Shown in pieces: positions 27,483-38,200 of a DNA stretch of 64,000 nucleotides. This stretch comes from Granulicella sp. Lineage in GTDB: Bacteria; Acidobacteriota; Terriglobia; Terriglobales; Acidobacteriaceae. The translations under genes were made by a program, and so were the position numbers. Where the stretch lies: the NCBI GenBank assembly GCA_027339965.1, contig DAHWNL010000082.1:15639-79638 (forward strand). Reading direction: 5' to 3'. Under the pieces are notes generated by a model that ran no database searches, had not been told where the DNA came from, and saw only the letters and a list, made by a program, of their open reading frames with translations. Position 1 is the first letter of the stretch. The number at the start of each line of letters is the position of its first letter.

Positions 27483-28474
27483 GAGCGCCGGCGAGCCGGC
27501 TGGCGGGCCTGGGCCACGCCGTTCCACAGCGGCGCGTGGAGAACGCCGAGATCGAGCAGCGGCTGGGTCTGGAGCCCGGCTGGATCGAGCGCCGCACAGG
27601 CATCCGCGCGCGGCGCTGGGCGGAGCCGGCGCAGACGCTGACCGAGCTGGCCGGGCAGGCCGCCGCCATGGCGCTGGAGAGCGCCGGCGTGGTGCGCGCG
27701 GAGGTAGGGCTGACGCTGTTGGCCACCTCGACGCCAGACCATCTGCTGCCGCCCTCGGCGCCGTTGCTTACGCATCGGTTGCGTCTGTCCAACTCCGGAG
27801 CGATCGACCTCACCGGCGCGTGCGCGGGTTTTCTCTATGCCTTGACGCTGGCCGATGGGTTTGTGAGAACCCAGGGCAAAGCTGTGCTGATCGTGGCCGC
27901 GAATCTGCTCAGCCGGCGCATCAACCCCGCGGAGACGGCCAGCTCGATCCTGTTTGCCGACGCGGCTGGGGCCGTGCTGCTGGCTCCGTCACGCTCGCCG
28001 GCGTCGGGCGTTCGAAGCGTCGATCTGGCCTCCGATGGCAGCCAGTACGATCTGATCTCGATTCCCGCCGGGGGAAGCCAACGGCCGTTCGTGGCCGGCA
28101 TGGACCCCAGTGAGCTGCGGATGACCATGAGCCACGGCAGAGCGCTCTTCGCGCAGGCCGTGCGCATGATGACCGAGTGCTCGGCGCGTGCGCTGCGCCA
28201 GGCCGGCCTGAGGGCGGAGGAGATCGATCGGTTTGTCCCCCACCAGGCCAACCTCCGCATTCTGGACGCGGTCTGCGCGAACCTGGGCATCTCCAACCAC
28301 AAGATGGTGCAAACTCTGCACGAGTTTGGCAATTCCTCGGCCGCCACTATCCCATTGTCCTTGTCTCTCTCGCATCAGGAGCGGCCTTTGGCCCCCGGGG
28401 AGCGGCTGTTGCTCACCGCGGCTGGCGCAGGGCTGTTGGGCGGCAGTGTGGTCTGGGCCGTGGGCCAGGACTGA
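27479..28474 (+). CDS. bioZ: FabH-like pimeloyl-ACP synthase BioZ
   Basis: ACAGF, PHQAN, GNSSAA KAS III triad; last gene of bioBFDA operon. Confidence 0.85.
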   Translation: MRAPASRLAGLGHAVPQRRVENAEIEQRLGLEPGWIERRTGIRARRWAEPAQTLTELAGQAAAMALESAGVVRAEVGLTLLATSTPDHLLPPSAPLLTHRLRLSNSGAIDLTGACAGFLYALTLADGFVRTQGKAVLIVAANLLSRRINPAETASSILFADAAGAVLLAPSRSPASGVRSVDLASDGSQYDLISIPAGGSQRPFVAGMDPSELRMTMSHGRALFAQAVRMMTECSARALRQAGLRAEEIDRFVPHQANLRILDAVCANLGISNHKMVQTLHEFGNSSAATIPLSLSLSHQERPLAPGERLLLTAAGAGLLGGSVVWAVGQD

Positions 28475-28503
28475 AGCGGTCACGCTGCTATCCTGCTTGC
28501 ATC

Positions 28504-30030
28504 ATGCGTCTTTCGTTCGCCGCAGATCGCGCCGCCGTTCTGGTAGTTTGCCTCCCCGCTCTTCTTGCCCTCGCCGCCGTTCTTCGCCCATCCACCGTGC
28601 TGGCTTCATCCGCGCAGCAGCCTGCATGGCCGCCCGCCGCGCCGGCCGCGCCCGGCTCGCCAGGGCTTTCTGCCGAGACCGCCGGCCAGGTGGCCGCGAT
28701 CGCGCAGAAGGTGCTGGCGCAGAGTGGCGTTCCTTCCGCCTCCATCGGCATCGTGCAGAATGGCAAGATCGTCTACACCCAGGCCTTCGGGCTGGCGCGG
28801 GTCGCTCCGGCGCTGCCCGCGCAGGCATCCATGGCTTATCCGATCGGCTCCATCTCCAAGCAGTTCACGGCCACGGCGATGCTGCTGCTGCAACAACAGG
28901 GCAAGCTCTGTCTGGAGGATCCGGTGAGCAAGTACTTTCCGGAGCTCACCGCCTCTCATCAGGTGCGGCTCATCAATCTGCTCACCCATACCTCCGGCTA
29001 CCAGGACTACGCGCCTCAGGACTACACCATTCCCGCCTGGAAGCTGCCCGGGCATCCGCTGCGCATTGTGCAAGAGTTTGCGGGCAAGCCGTTGGACTTT
29101 GCTCCTGGGACGCAGTGGCAGTACTCCAACACCAACTTTGTGCTGGCCGCGCTGATCGTGCAGAAGGTGAGCGGCGAACCCTTCGCCAGATTCCTGCGCG
29201 ACAATGTGCTGAAGCCCGCGGGCCTGGAGGGCGTCCTGAACCTGAACACGCAGCAGTCCCGTCTGCAGGTCACCGGTTATATGCGCTACGCCCTGGCGCC
29301 CATCACTCCCGCGGCGCTGGAGGCTCCCGGATGGTACTTCGGCGACGCTGACCTGGCCATGACCGCGGGCCAACTGCTGCAATGGGATCTGACCCTTATC
29401 AACCGGTCGCTGCTGAGCCCGGCCGGCTATCAGGAGATGGAGACGCCCTTCTTCCTCGCCAATGGCCGGAACTCGCACTACGGCCTGGGCGTGGAGGTGC
29501 GGCAGCAGGAGGGCCGTCGCGTCCTGGAACACTCCGGGGAGGTAGGCGGCTTCGTCGCCGAAGATGTGGTCTATCCCGAGGACCGGGCCGCCATCGTCGT
29601 GCTCACCAACCAAGAGGCGTCCGAAGCCGCCGACCAGATCGCGCGCCAGATCGCTCCGCTGATTCTCCCCGCGAAGTCTGCGGCCGCCGCCTCATCGGCC
29701 AACCCGGCTCTGGCCACGGCGCAGGGCTTCGCGCCCCAACTGCAGAAGGTGCTGGCCGGGCTGCAGAAGGGCAAGATCGACCGCGCCCTGTTCACCGCCG
29801 ACTGCAACGACTACTTTGATGCGGCGGCGCTGGGCGACTACCGCTCCAGCCTCTCCCCCATGGGCTCGCTCAGCGCCGTCGCCGCCTCGACCGCCGAGCT
29901 GCGCGGCGGAATGACCTTTGGCCTCTACCGCGCCGTCTTCTCCGGTGGGACCACCGTGTTGATCACCGTCTATCTGGAGCCCGACGGCCGGATCGAGCAA
30001 CTGTTAGTGGTTGGCAAGGCCGGGGAATGA
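28504..30030 (+). CDS. Secreted serine hydrolase (beta-lactamase class C-like)
   Basis: Signal peptide, SISK, YSN, HSG. Confidence 0.9.
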   Translation: MRLSFAADRAAVLVVCLPALLALAAVLRPSTVLASSAQQPAWPPAAPAAPGSPGLSAETAGQVAAIAQKVLAQSGVPSASIGIVQNGKIVYTQAFGLARVAPALPAQASMAYPIGSISKQFTATAMLLLQQQGKLCLEDPVSKYFPELTASHQVRLINLLTHTSGYQDYAPQDYTIPAWKLPGHPLRIVQEFAGKPLDFAPGTQWQYSNTNFVLAALIVQKVSGEPFARFLRDNVLKPAGLEGVLNLNTQQSRLQVTGYMRYALAPITPAALEAPGWYFGDADLAMTAGQLLQWDLTLINRSLLSPAGYQEMETPFFLANGRNSHYGLGVEVRQQEGRRVLEHSGEVGGFVAEDVVYPEDRAAIVVLTNQEASEAADQIARQIAPLILPAKSAAAASSANPALATAQGFAPQLQKVLAGLQKGKIDRALFTADCNDYFDAAALGDYRSSLSPMGSLSAVAASTAELRGGMTFGLYRAVFSGGTTVLITVYLEPDGRIEQLLVVGKAGE

Positions 30031-30044
30031 GCCCCTGCAGGTGC

Positions 30045-30078
30045 GGGTGCCCGACATCTCGGTTTTTTGAGATGTGGG
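30045..30078 (-). repeat. REP-like hairpin (copy 3)
   Basis: Near-exact reverse complement of copy 2. Confidence 0.8.
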
Positions 30079-30151
30079 TTCGCAGGATGTCTCTGCTGCC
30101 TGCGCTCTGTACCGCTGCGCATCGGCTTCGATCCTCGGTGAGTCGCCCTGT

Positions 30152-30264
30152 AGCATTTTCAGTGTTGCTGGGTACACCGGAGAGGGCGTGCAGTGGCGTT
30201 TTCATTGGGGAAAACGCCCACGGAGGTCGGGGCGTCGCGTTACACCTGCACTGAAAACCCTTTA
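30152..30264. repeat. Dispersed ~110-bp structured repeat, copy B
   Basis: TTTTCAGTG...CACTGAAAA outer inverted repeat; aligns with 21510-21624. Confidence 0.65.
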
Positions 30265-32430
30265 GTTCTGGAATTTGGAGGGGTCGCGCTGGAAGATCAC
30301 CTGGCGGCTGTGGCTGGAGGCGCGAATCTCCGGAGTGCTGCCGTCGTTGAGAATCACCTGCGTCGGCAGGGAGGCTACGACGACCCGCGTGGTGGCGTTC
30401 GAGAAGCCGGGGATGTGGATGAGCGTGGTGGTGGTGAAGGTTCCGGAGCGCACCGAGAGAGGGACATCCACGGCGGGAGCGCCGTCGTTGTGAACTGTCA
30501 CCGAAACCAGCCAGCCGGCGTCGTGTCCCTTGCCGGCCGGGAGCCGGCTGGGTTCCACGTCGACGATGGAGAGGTCAGGAAGGCCGCGGTCGCGAAGGAT
30601 CCAGTCGGAAAAGAACCAGCCCAGGTCTTTGCCGCTGGTCTTTTCCAGCAGCCTTTCAAAGGCCACGGCCTGAACCGCGGCATCGTCCGTGTTGAAGAGG
30701 CCGTTCTTCTCGGCGGTCTCTTCCCGCCAGAGGGTGAGGGCCTGCTGCAGGGCCGGTTCGCCGGCGATGTTGCGCAGCATCCACCAGACCGCGGCTGCTT
30801 TGCGCCGGTAGTACAGCTCATTGCCAGCCGAGATCAGAGGCTCGCCAGCGGGAGCGAAGGCGGCGTCGGCCTGCTGCTCGGAGTCAAAGCTGACCTCGGC
30901 GATGTTCAATGGCTGAATCAGGTTGTTGAGGGCTAGGATGGCGGCCGAGCGGCCTTGCGTCTGCTCGATCCAGAGCAGGCTGATGAACTGCGCGAGGCCC
31001 TCGTCAAACCAAGGCTGGCCAGTCTGGATCCAGGCATGGGTAAGAGAGTGGGCCAGCGCCGGGCTGGAGGCCGAAGAGGAGAGTTTGCGGATGGGAGCCA
31101 CCAGCAGCGCCAGATCTTCAAACGGATCGCCGGGGTGGTCCAGCACGCTGAGCGGCACAAGAGGCGTCGGACCAAACCAGGCTTGCAACAAGGGCGCGAT
31201 GCGCTCGGCGGAGTCCGCCAGCGCCGGTAGAGCGTCCGGGTCAGAACTTTCTACCGAGAGCACATCCACGGGGCCGGCCGGGTGGCTGGCCGGAGACGCG
31301 TTCGGCCGCACCCCGGGCTGTGGCGGCGATAAGGATGAGGAGATGGAGGCGGAGGGAGGCATGGAGACCGGCGCCAGGGCTACCTCCGGCTGCTGGACCA
31401 CAAACAGGCTGGGCTGGCGGAAGTCGAGAGGCTCGGCAGGGAAGTCGGCGGTGGCGATGCCAGTGCCGTCGGAGACGGAGGGGTCATCCGGATGGGGAGC
31501 CAGGCGCAGGCCGCGGCCACAGAAGTAAGCTGCCACGGGCGGCGCGCCACGGTAGACAACGGCCAGCCGGAGGTGGACAGTCGCCTGCTCTTCCGCCAGT
31601 CGCTGCCGCCCGATGGCCTGGAAGAGCTTGGCTCCGTCGCCCAGGAAGAGCTGCGGCGAGGCTGCGGGATACCACAGGACATCGCCAAAGCCGCGCAGAG
31701 CGACGATAACGGTCGGCGGAGACGGAGGCGCCGGAGCGACGTCTCCCGAACTGCTGCTGAAGTTGAGTGCAGACTGGACAGGGTTGGAACCCACCGCATC
31801 CCAGTCGGCGGCCACCGCCTCAGCGGGGGAGGCGCCGATGCGCTCCAGGCGATGACCGCTCGCATGCAGCGTGCCGGAGTATACGGTGTCCAGGGTGATG
31901 GCCGCTCCCGGATCCAGCGGCGAGGGCAGGTCAAGGATCGCCTCTGAGCACTTGCCGGTGTGGTCGGCGTCGGTATCGATCAGGTGTTGGGCCAGGGGAA
32001 GCTGCACAACGCGGGCGGCCGACGGCTGGCCGCTGCCGGAGGGAAGAAGGCTGGCGCTGGCCCAGATCAGGGAGGAAGAGATCTGCAGCGCAATCCGGGA
32101 GAGCGGCTGGTTGCCGATGTTGCGCAGCGTGACCCGGGCGCGCATGGTCATCTCGCCATTGGCGGGATCCAGACGCGCGTCCAGGTCATAGGCGGTGAAG
32201 AGCAGGGAAGAACGCTGGGCGTCGGTCAGCACCGGTCCAGAGGGAGTCTGGCCCGCAACGGCTGCCGGCGGTTGCGGAGGAGCATCGTCATCCGGGGTGG
32301 GGGGTGGTTCGCCGTGGCTCTGGAACAGGACCTGGCCGCGAGGCGGCGGCAGGGGCGGCTCGGCGGGGGTGGATTGGGCGTGCGCGGCCAGGCTTGTCAC
32401 CAGAAGGGTGAGAAGGCTCAGGCAGACCAT
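30262..32430 (-). CDS. Secreted M1 aminopeptidase-like protein, degenerate zinc motif
   Basis: LAHSLTHAW...WFDEGLAQF...LGWFFSDWI. Confidence 0.75.
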   Translation of the reverse strand: MVCLSLLTLLVTSLAAHAQSTPAEPPLPPPRGQVLFQSHGEPPPTPDDDAPPQPPAAVAGQTPSGPVLTDAQRSSLLFTAYDLDARLDPANGEMTMRARVTLRNIGNQPLSRIALQISSSLIWASASLLPSGSGQPSAARVVQLPLAQHLIDTDADHTGKCSEAILDLPSPLDPGAAITLDTVYSGTLHASGHRLERIGASPAEAVAADWDAVGSNPVQSALNFSSSSGDVAPAPPSPPTVIVALRGFGDVLWYPAASPQLFLGDGAKLFQAIGRQRLAEEQATVHLRLAVVYRGAPPVAAYFCGRGLRLAPHPDDPSVSDGTGIATADFPAEPLDFRQPSLFVVQQPEVALAPVSMPPSASISSSLSPPQPGVRPNASPASHPAGPVDVLSVESSDPDALPALADSAERIAPLLQAWFGPTPLVPLSVLDHPGDPFEDLALLVAPIRKLSSSASSPALAHSLTHAWIQTGQPWFDEGLAQFISLLWIEQTQGRSAAILALNNLIQPLNIAEVSFDSEQQADAAFAPAGEPLISAGNELYYRRKAAAVWWMLRNIAGEPALQQALTLWREETAEKNGLFNTDDAAVQAVAFERLLEKTSGKDLGWFFSDWILRDRGLPDLSIVDVEPSRLPAGKGHDAGWLVSVTVHNDGAPAVDVPLSVRSGTFTTTTLIHIPGFSNATTRVVVASLPTQVILNDGSTPEIRASSHSRQVIFQRDPSKFQN

Positions 32431-32584
32431 GCGCAGGGTGCGGGGTGTAGGCAAGATGAAGGACTCCGTGAAGCACGAACAGGATCGTAGATCGTTGGCC
32501 AAGCCATTCGACGGCGGCCGGGAAGCAGGTGCGATGAAAGATGGTCCGAAGCCGGGTTTGCCGCGAACGGTCTTCGGCGGGAGG

Positions 32585-33406
32585 TCAGGAGCCCAGCCCT
32601 TTGCGAGGCTTGGCCGCCTGCGACGGCGGCGGGGTTGCCGGGGTGTCTGGTTGCTGGTCTCCGCGGCGCTGGCGCATGGCCTCATACATCACCACAGCTC
32701 CCGCGACGGAGACATTGAGAGAGCTGACGCTGCCCGCCATGGGGATGCGCAGAAGATGGTCGCAGGTACGCTTGACCAGGTCATGCAGACCGGAGCCCTC
32801 CCGGCCCAGGACCAGACAGATGTCTTGGCGGAAGTCGAAGGCGGTGTACTCCTTGGCGCCGCGTTCGTCCAATCCGACGATCCAGATGTTGTGCTTCTTC
32901 ATGGTCTCCAGGGCGCGGGTAATGTTGACTGTCTGGGCGATGCGCATGTGCTCGCTGGCTCCCGCCGAGGCTTTGCAGGCGACCGCCGAGAGAGGAGCGG
33001 AGCGGCGCTCCGGAAGCAGGACGCCGTCAATGCCGGCTCCGTCGGCGGAGCGGAGCAGCGCACCCAGGTTGTGAGGGTCCTCGATGCCATCCAGGGCGAG
33101 GAAGAATCGGTGGCCTGCGCTGCCCGCAGGGCTTGGCAGCGCAAGGAGATCCTCCGGGCTGAGCAGTTTGCGCTCCCGCAGAAAGGCGGCGATGCCCTGA
33201 TGAGCGTCGGTTCGGCAGTGCCGGGTAAGCTGCTCGCGAGGCTCGCTGGCGATCCGGATGCCTTCCGCTCGGGCGAGATCAAGAACTGCCTCCAGGCGAG
33301 GATCACGGCGGGACTCCCGCTCCCGAGCCACACTGATATGGTCCAGGCGGCGAGAGCCGGAGCGGAGGGCCTCTTCGACAGGATGCAGGCCGTAGAGAAC
33401 TTCCAT
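32585..33406 (-). CDS. rlmB: 23S rRNA (Gm2251) methyltransferase
   Basis: YGLHPVEEAL, DPHNLGALLRS, IPMAGSVSSLNVSVA. Confidence 0.93.
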   Translation of the reverse strand: MEVLYGLHPVEEALRSGSRRLDHISVARERESRRDPRLEAVLDLARAEGIRIASEPREQLTRHCRTDAHQGIAAFLRERKLLSPEDLLALPSPAGSAGHRFFLALDGIEDPHNLGALLRSADGAGIDGVLLPERRSAPLSAVACKASAGASEHMRIAQTVNITRALETMKKHNIWIVGLDERGAKEYTAFDFRQDICLVLGREGSGLHDLVKRTCDHLLRIPMAGSVSSLNVSVAGAVVMYEAMRQRRGDQQPDTPATPPPSQAAKPRKGLGS

Positions 33407-33466
33407 CTGTTCAGTGTACCGGTTGAACCCCGGCCGCTGCAGGGCCACGAACCGGCCAATCGGTTC

Positions 33467-33835
33467 TCACTCGCCTTTGATCAAGCGGTCGGCGCGGTGG
33501 TATGAGCCCAGGTTGAAGGTGTTGTGGTATCCCTTGGCCTTCAGGCGTCTGGCGGCAACACCGCTGCGAGCCCCGCTGTGGCAGTGCAGCAGCAGGATCC
33601 GGGAACGGTCCGGACAGCGATGGGAGATGGCGGCTTCAATCTGCTGCAAGGGGATGTTGATGGCCTTGGGCAGATGGCCGGAGTTGTACTCGGCTGGAGT
33701 GCGCACGTCGATGATCAGGGCGCCGTCGCGGAGGTACTGCGGGATCTTCTCCGCCGCGGCCTGCCCGGAGCGCCGCCAGAAGTAAAAGATGGCGAAGAGC
33801 AGCGCAACAAGGAGAAGCGTGTAGCCGGAGTGCAT
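33467..33835 (-). CDS. Rhodanese-like protein with N-terminal TM helix
   Basis: IIDVRTPAEY..GHL, CHSGARS. Confidence 0.9.
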   Translation of the reverse strand: MHSGYTLLLVALLFAIFYFWRRSGQAAAEKIPQYLRDGALIIDVRTPAEYNSGHLPKAINIPLQQIEAAISHRCPDRSRILLLHCHSGARSGVAARRLKAKGYHNTFNLGSYHRADRLIKGE

Positions 33836-33982
33836 AGGGTCTGCCTCACTGTTGGTGGGGGCGGAGGGCCCGGAGAGCGGCCTTCGGGCTGACAACGTCC
33901 TGCGTGGTGGGGCCGTCCCGGTTCCGCCTCTGTTTGAGAATAATCGAAAAGTGGATTCGAGTTCGCCTGCTTTGCAACCGCC

Positions 33983-34498
33983 TCATCCGCGGCCGCCTCC
34001 TTGACTCCCACCGCCAAAAGTTGGATTCAACCGCCAAAAAGAGAAGTTGAGGGCCGCTGCGAAGCTGACCCAGAGGAGGTAGGGCAGCATTAGCCAGCTC
34101 GCCGGCGGGGAGATGGGCCGCATGGAGACCAGTGTCGCCAGAATCAGGGCCCAGAGCAGGATGATCTCGCCAAAGGCGGCCCCCGGTCTTCGCGCTCCGA
34201 AAAAGATCGCCGGCCACAAGGCGTTGCACAGCAGTTGCAACAGAAACAGCAGCAGAGCCGATGGCACGCCCAGAGCCCCCCAGCGGCGCCATACCAGCCA
34301 GGCGGCCACTCCCATGGTGAGGTAGAGCGCCGACCAGACTGGACCAAAGACCCAGTTCGGCGGGGCCCAGGAGGGCCTGCGCAACGTGGCGTACCAGCCT
34401 CGAAGCGCGGGCATGGTGAACAGCGACCCAACCCCTCCGGCCGCGAAACAGACACCGACGGAGACCACAAGAGCCGTCGCTTGCTGAATGGTTGTCAT
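33983..34498 (-). CDS. tspO: TspO/MBR tryptophan-rich sensory protein
   Basis: WYATLRRPSWAPPNWVFGPVW, LPYLLWVSFAAALN. Confidence 0.92.
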   Translation of the reverse strand: MTTIQQATALVVSVGVCFAAGGVGSLFTMPALRGWYATLRRPSWAPPNWVFGPVWSALYLTMGVAAWLVWRRWGALGVPSALLLFLLQLLCNALWPAIFFGARRPGAAFGEIILLWALILATLVSMRPISPPASWLMLPYLLWVSFAAALNFSFWRLNPTFGGGSQGGGRG

Positions 34499-35238
34499 AG
34501 GTCTCTTCCTCCTCCGGGCCGGAGCTTTCGCCCGCCGGCCAGGTGATCGGTCGCCGGGCCGGTTGCGGCGGCCTGTTGGCCTTCGCGGCGGAAGCTCTGT
34601 GTTGACGATATGGATCATGCCGCTGGAAAGGCAAACCATCCCCGGCTGTCACGACCGCCCCGGCGTCCCGGACAGCGCTCCTGCCGCCCGGTCTTGACCC
34701 CGGTCCATGCGGGGCGCGTGGCCAACGGCTCGGCTGGATTCATGGTCCGCGCCGGCCCTTCGGCAGACATTGCGGAAGAGCAGCCTGGCGAATGGTCCGC
34801 ATGGCGGATGGTCTGCCGGGCGCATCGACAGTGCGCGGGCCGCGCCTGCGGCGCTCTTGTGCGGGATTTTCATCTGGGCAGGGAAGTGTTCAGCCCCCGA
34901 GATTTCCACAGGCCCATGATTTTAATGAAAACGATGACTTGACAGCGCTCCGCACAAAAGTCTATAAGTGTTTCGTTCTTCTGGATGAGTTTTATGCCCA
35001 TTTGTTAAGGGTTACATTTGTTGATGAAAAAGTTTTTGCTCGACTCCGCTGCTGTCTTCCGTCCGTCCAGACCCGCAATTTTCTCTCCACCAATCGTTTG
35101 CGCACGACCGGCGGCAGGGCCGGCGCGGGACCATTCCGCCCGGTCGCCTGACTGCGGAGAACTCGCATTCCGGGGCGGCGCTTACGGGCGATTCGCAGCC
35201 AGGCAGGCAGTAGAAGTAACTGAAGTTCGGAGGCTTTC

Positions 35239-38200
35239 ATGAAGAGACAGATTCTTTTGGAAACGGCATTTTTGTTTGCGGCGTGTGCGTCCATGGCATC
35301 CGCTCAGGCGACAAACTCGGGAGATATCCGGGGCACGGTCACGGATGAAAGCGGAGCTGTCATTCCCGGTGTCGTCGTAACCGTAGACGATGTGAGCAAG
35401 GATGTGACGCGCACCTTCAAGACGGACAGCGCCGGGCTGTACGACACCGGCTCCATCGTCCCCGACCAGTACATCCTGACCTTCACCAAGCCGGGCTTCA
35501 AGACCTATAGTCAAGGCCCAATCACGCTTCAGGTGGGCCTGCTCGGGTTGAATGTGAACCTCACCGTTGGGTCCACAACGCAGAAGGTCACGGTCACCGC
35601 GAACGCGCCGCTGCTCAATACCACCTCACCCGAGCTCTCCACCACGCTGACGTCGGAGACCATGACGCAACTGCCCCAAGTGACGCCGGTGGCCAACTGG
35701 CAGTCCTTCATCATCCTGGCGCCGGGCACATCGGGATATCAGGGAGGAAGCAATAATGCTCTGAATCCCGGCGTATCCGGAGTCTCGGCGAACGGAAGCC
35801 AGCCATTTTCCACGGCCCTGATGGACGGCGCAACCGTGTCCTCGCCACAGAGCAACGATATTGCCGTACCCGTGGTCTTTGACGCCATCTCGCAGGTCAA
35901 GATCAGCGATTCGCTCTTCTCCGCGGAGTATGGGACGGGCGGAGCCATCTATAACCAGATCAGCAAGGGCGGCACGGATCAGTTTCATGGCGAGGCTTAC
36001 GAGTACTTCCAGAACAACGCCTTGAATGCCGCGCCCTACTCCTTTGGCACCAACGCTCCGGTGCCCATTCTGCATTACAACGAATTTGGAGGCAACGTCG
36101 GCGGCCCCGTTTTGCGGAGACGCATGTTCTTCTTCTTCGACTACGACAAAATCGTCGACAATGGCGGAGCGGCGAACGGCTTCATCAATGTTCCCAGCCA
36201 GGCGATGCGGAATGGAGATTTCACCGGGCAGAACACCATCTACGACCCAACCACCCAGACGATCGACGCCAATGGCGTTGTGCATCGCCAGTCCTTTGCT
36301 CAGGAATATGGCAACGGCAACAAGATCCCTGCGGCCTTGATCGACCCCGTCGCTCAGGCCATTCAGGCCTACTATCCGGCGCCAAATGTGCCGGGTACAG
36401 TGGTCAACGGCATCCCAACCAAGAATTACTTTTACAACGTTCCTGCTCCAAATCCCTATTCACGATACTTCGGCCGTCTCGACTATGACATTACGCCTTC
36501 GAACCGTTTTACGGCCTCTGAGGCCTGGGGTGACAAGGGCAGCGTGACGCTCAACCAGGGGCTCTGCCCGATCGACTGCTATACCTCTTATATCGAAAAC
36601 AGCAATGCCCAGGTCTCCGACGTGTGGAGCATCACTCCCAATCTGGTCAATGAGGCGCGCTTTGGCTTCGACGACGAACTGGACTTCTTCGTTCCTTACA
36701 GCCTGAACGAAAATTTCCCCCAGAAGCTGGGCTGGCAGTTTGCCAAAGATAATCTCTTCCCCATCATCAATATCATCGATGAATATGGCCTGACGCCTGG
36801 CGTCAATGCCGTCTACAAGGAGTTTGTCTTCGACCCATCCGATATCGTGACTCTGATCCGCGGACGTCACGTGCTGACATTTGGAGGAGAGTTCCTGGTA
36901 GAGAGGCTGGATTCCACCCCCTGGGGCAACTTGAATCCCGGGACCATGGGCTTCACGGGAGTGTATACGGCCTCGACGCAGGGCGCGCAGAATACGAGCG
37001 GTTCAGCCTATGCGGATTTTCTGCTGGGTGAAGCCAGAAGCTGGGGCGCGAGCATCACGCCGGAGTACGGTGGCCGCCTGAAGGTGCCGCAGATGTTTGT
37101 CCAGGATGACATCAAGCTTCGCCCCAACCTTACCATCGATCTCGGTTTGAGATGGATGGGATTGACCGGGTGGCATGAGGTTCATGGCGACGAAAGAGCG
37201 TTCAGCAAGACGATTGTGAATCCTGCCACTAATACGCTCGGGGCCATGTGGTACGCGGTAACTCACGTCGGCGGACGCACCAGTCTGCAGGCTCCCATCT
37301 GGACGACGCTCATGCCGCGTGTGGGCGTCTCCTGGCAGCCCTTCAAATATACGAGCGTGCGCTCTGGATTTGGTGTGTACACCTATCCCTGGTCAGCGGA
37401 CAACTCCGGCGGAGGGCTGGGCGCGGCCTTTGCTACCAGCGGCAACGAGGCGGACTTTACCAATGGCGTCGATCCGGTGGTATTGCTGAATTCAGATGGC
37501 AATACCAACTACCAGGGTGCCTCGGGATCCAGCATCAACTCCCGCTACCAGAAAGCGCCTCTTGCTCCAAACTCCTTCAACGGGCAGGGCGTCGGCTATG
37601 AGCAGTATCAAAGGCCGGTTCCGATTCTGTATCAGTGGAATTTGGCCGTTCAGCAACAACTCTCTCCAAACACCTCATTCCAGATCGCCTACGTCGGAAG
37701 TCATGGCGCCAACCAGGGCTTCACGACAGATCTGAATCAGGTGCCGGAGAGCAAACTTGCGCCCAATGACACACAGGCAGGCACCAACGCGCGACCCTAT
37801 CCGAACTTTGAAGGTATCACCGGCTATATAGCGGAAGGTATCTCCAATTACCACTCCCTCCAGCTCACATTGGAGAAGCGTATGAGCCAGGGGTTGCAGT
37901 TCAACGTGAACTATACCTGGGCGCACTTCCTCGACGAGCAGGACACCTCCGGGCAGGGCGGCTATTTCGGCGTCCAGAAGTTCCAGAATGGCTATGTGCC
38001 ATCCGCCAACTACGGTCCTTCCAACTTTGATATCGCGGATGCGGTGAAAGGGGAGGCCATTTACAATATCCCAATCGGCAAGGGAAGGCAGTTCCTGAAC
38101 AACAGCACTCTGATCGATGAGACGATCGGAGGCTGGATCCTGTCCACCACCGTGGTGGCGCAGACGGGCAGCCCGTTCACGGTCACCATGGCGAACGATG

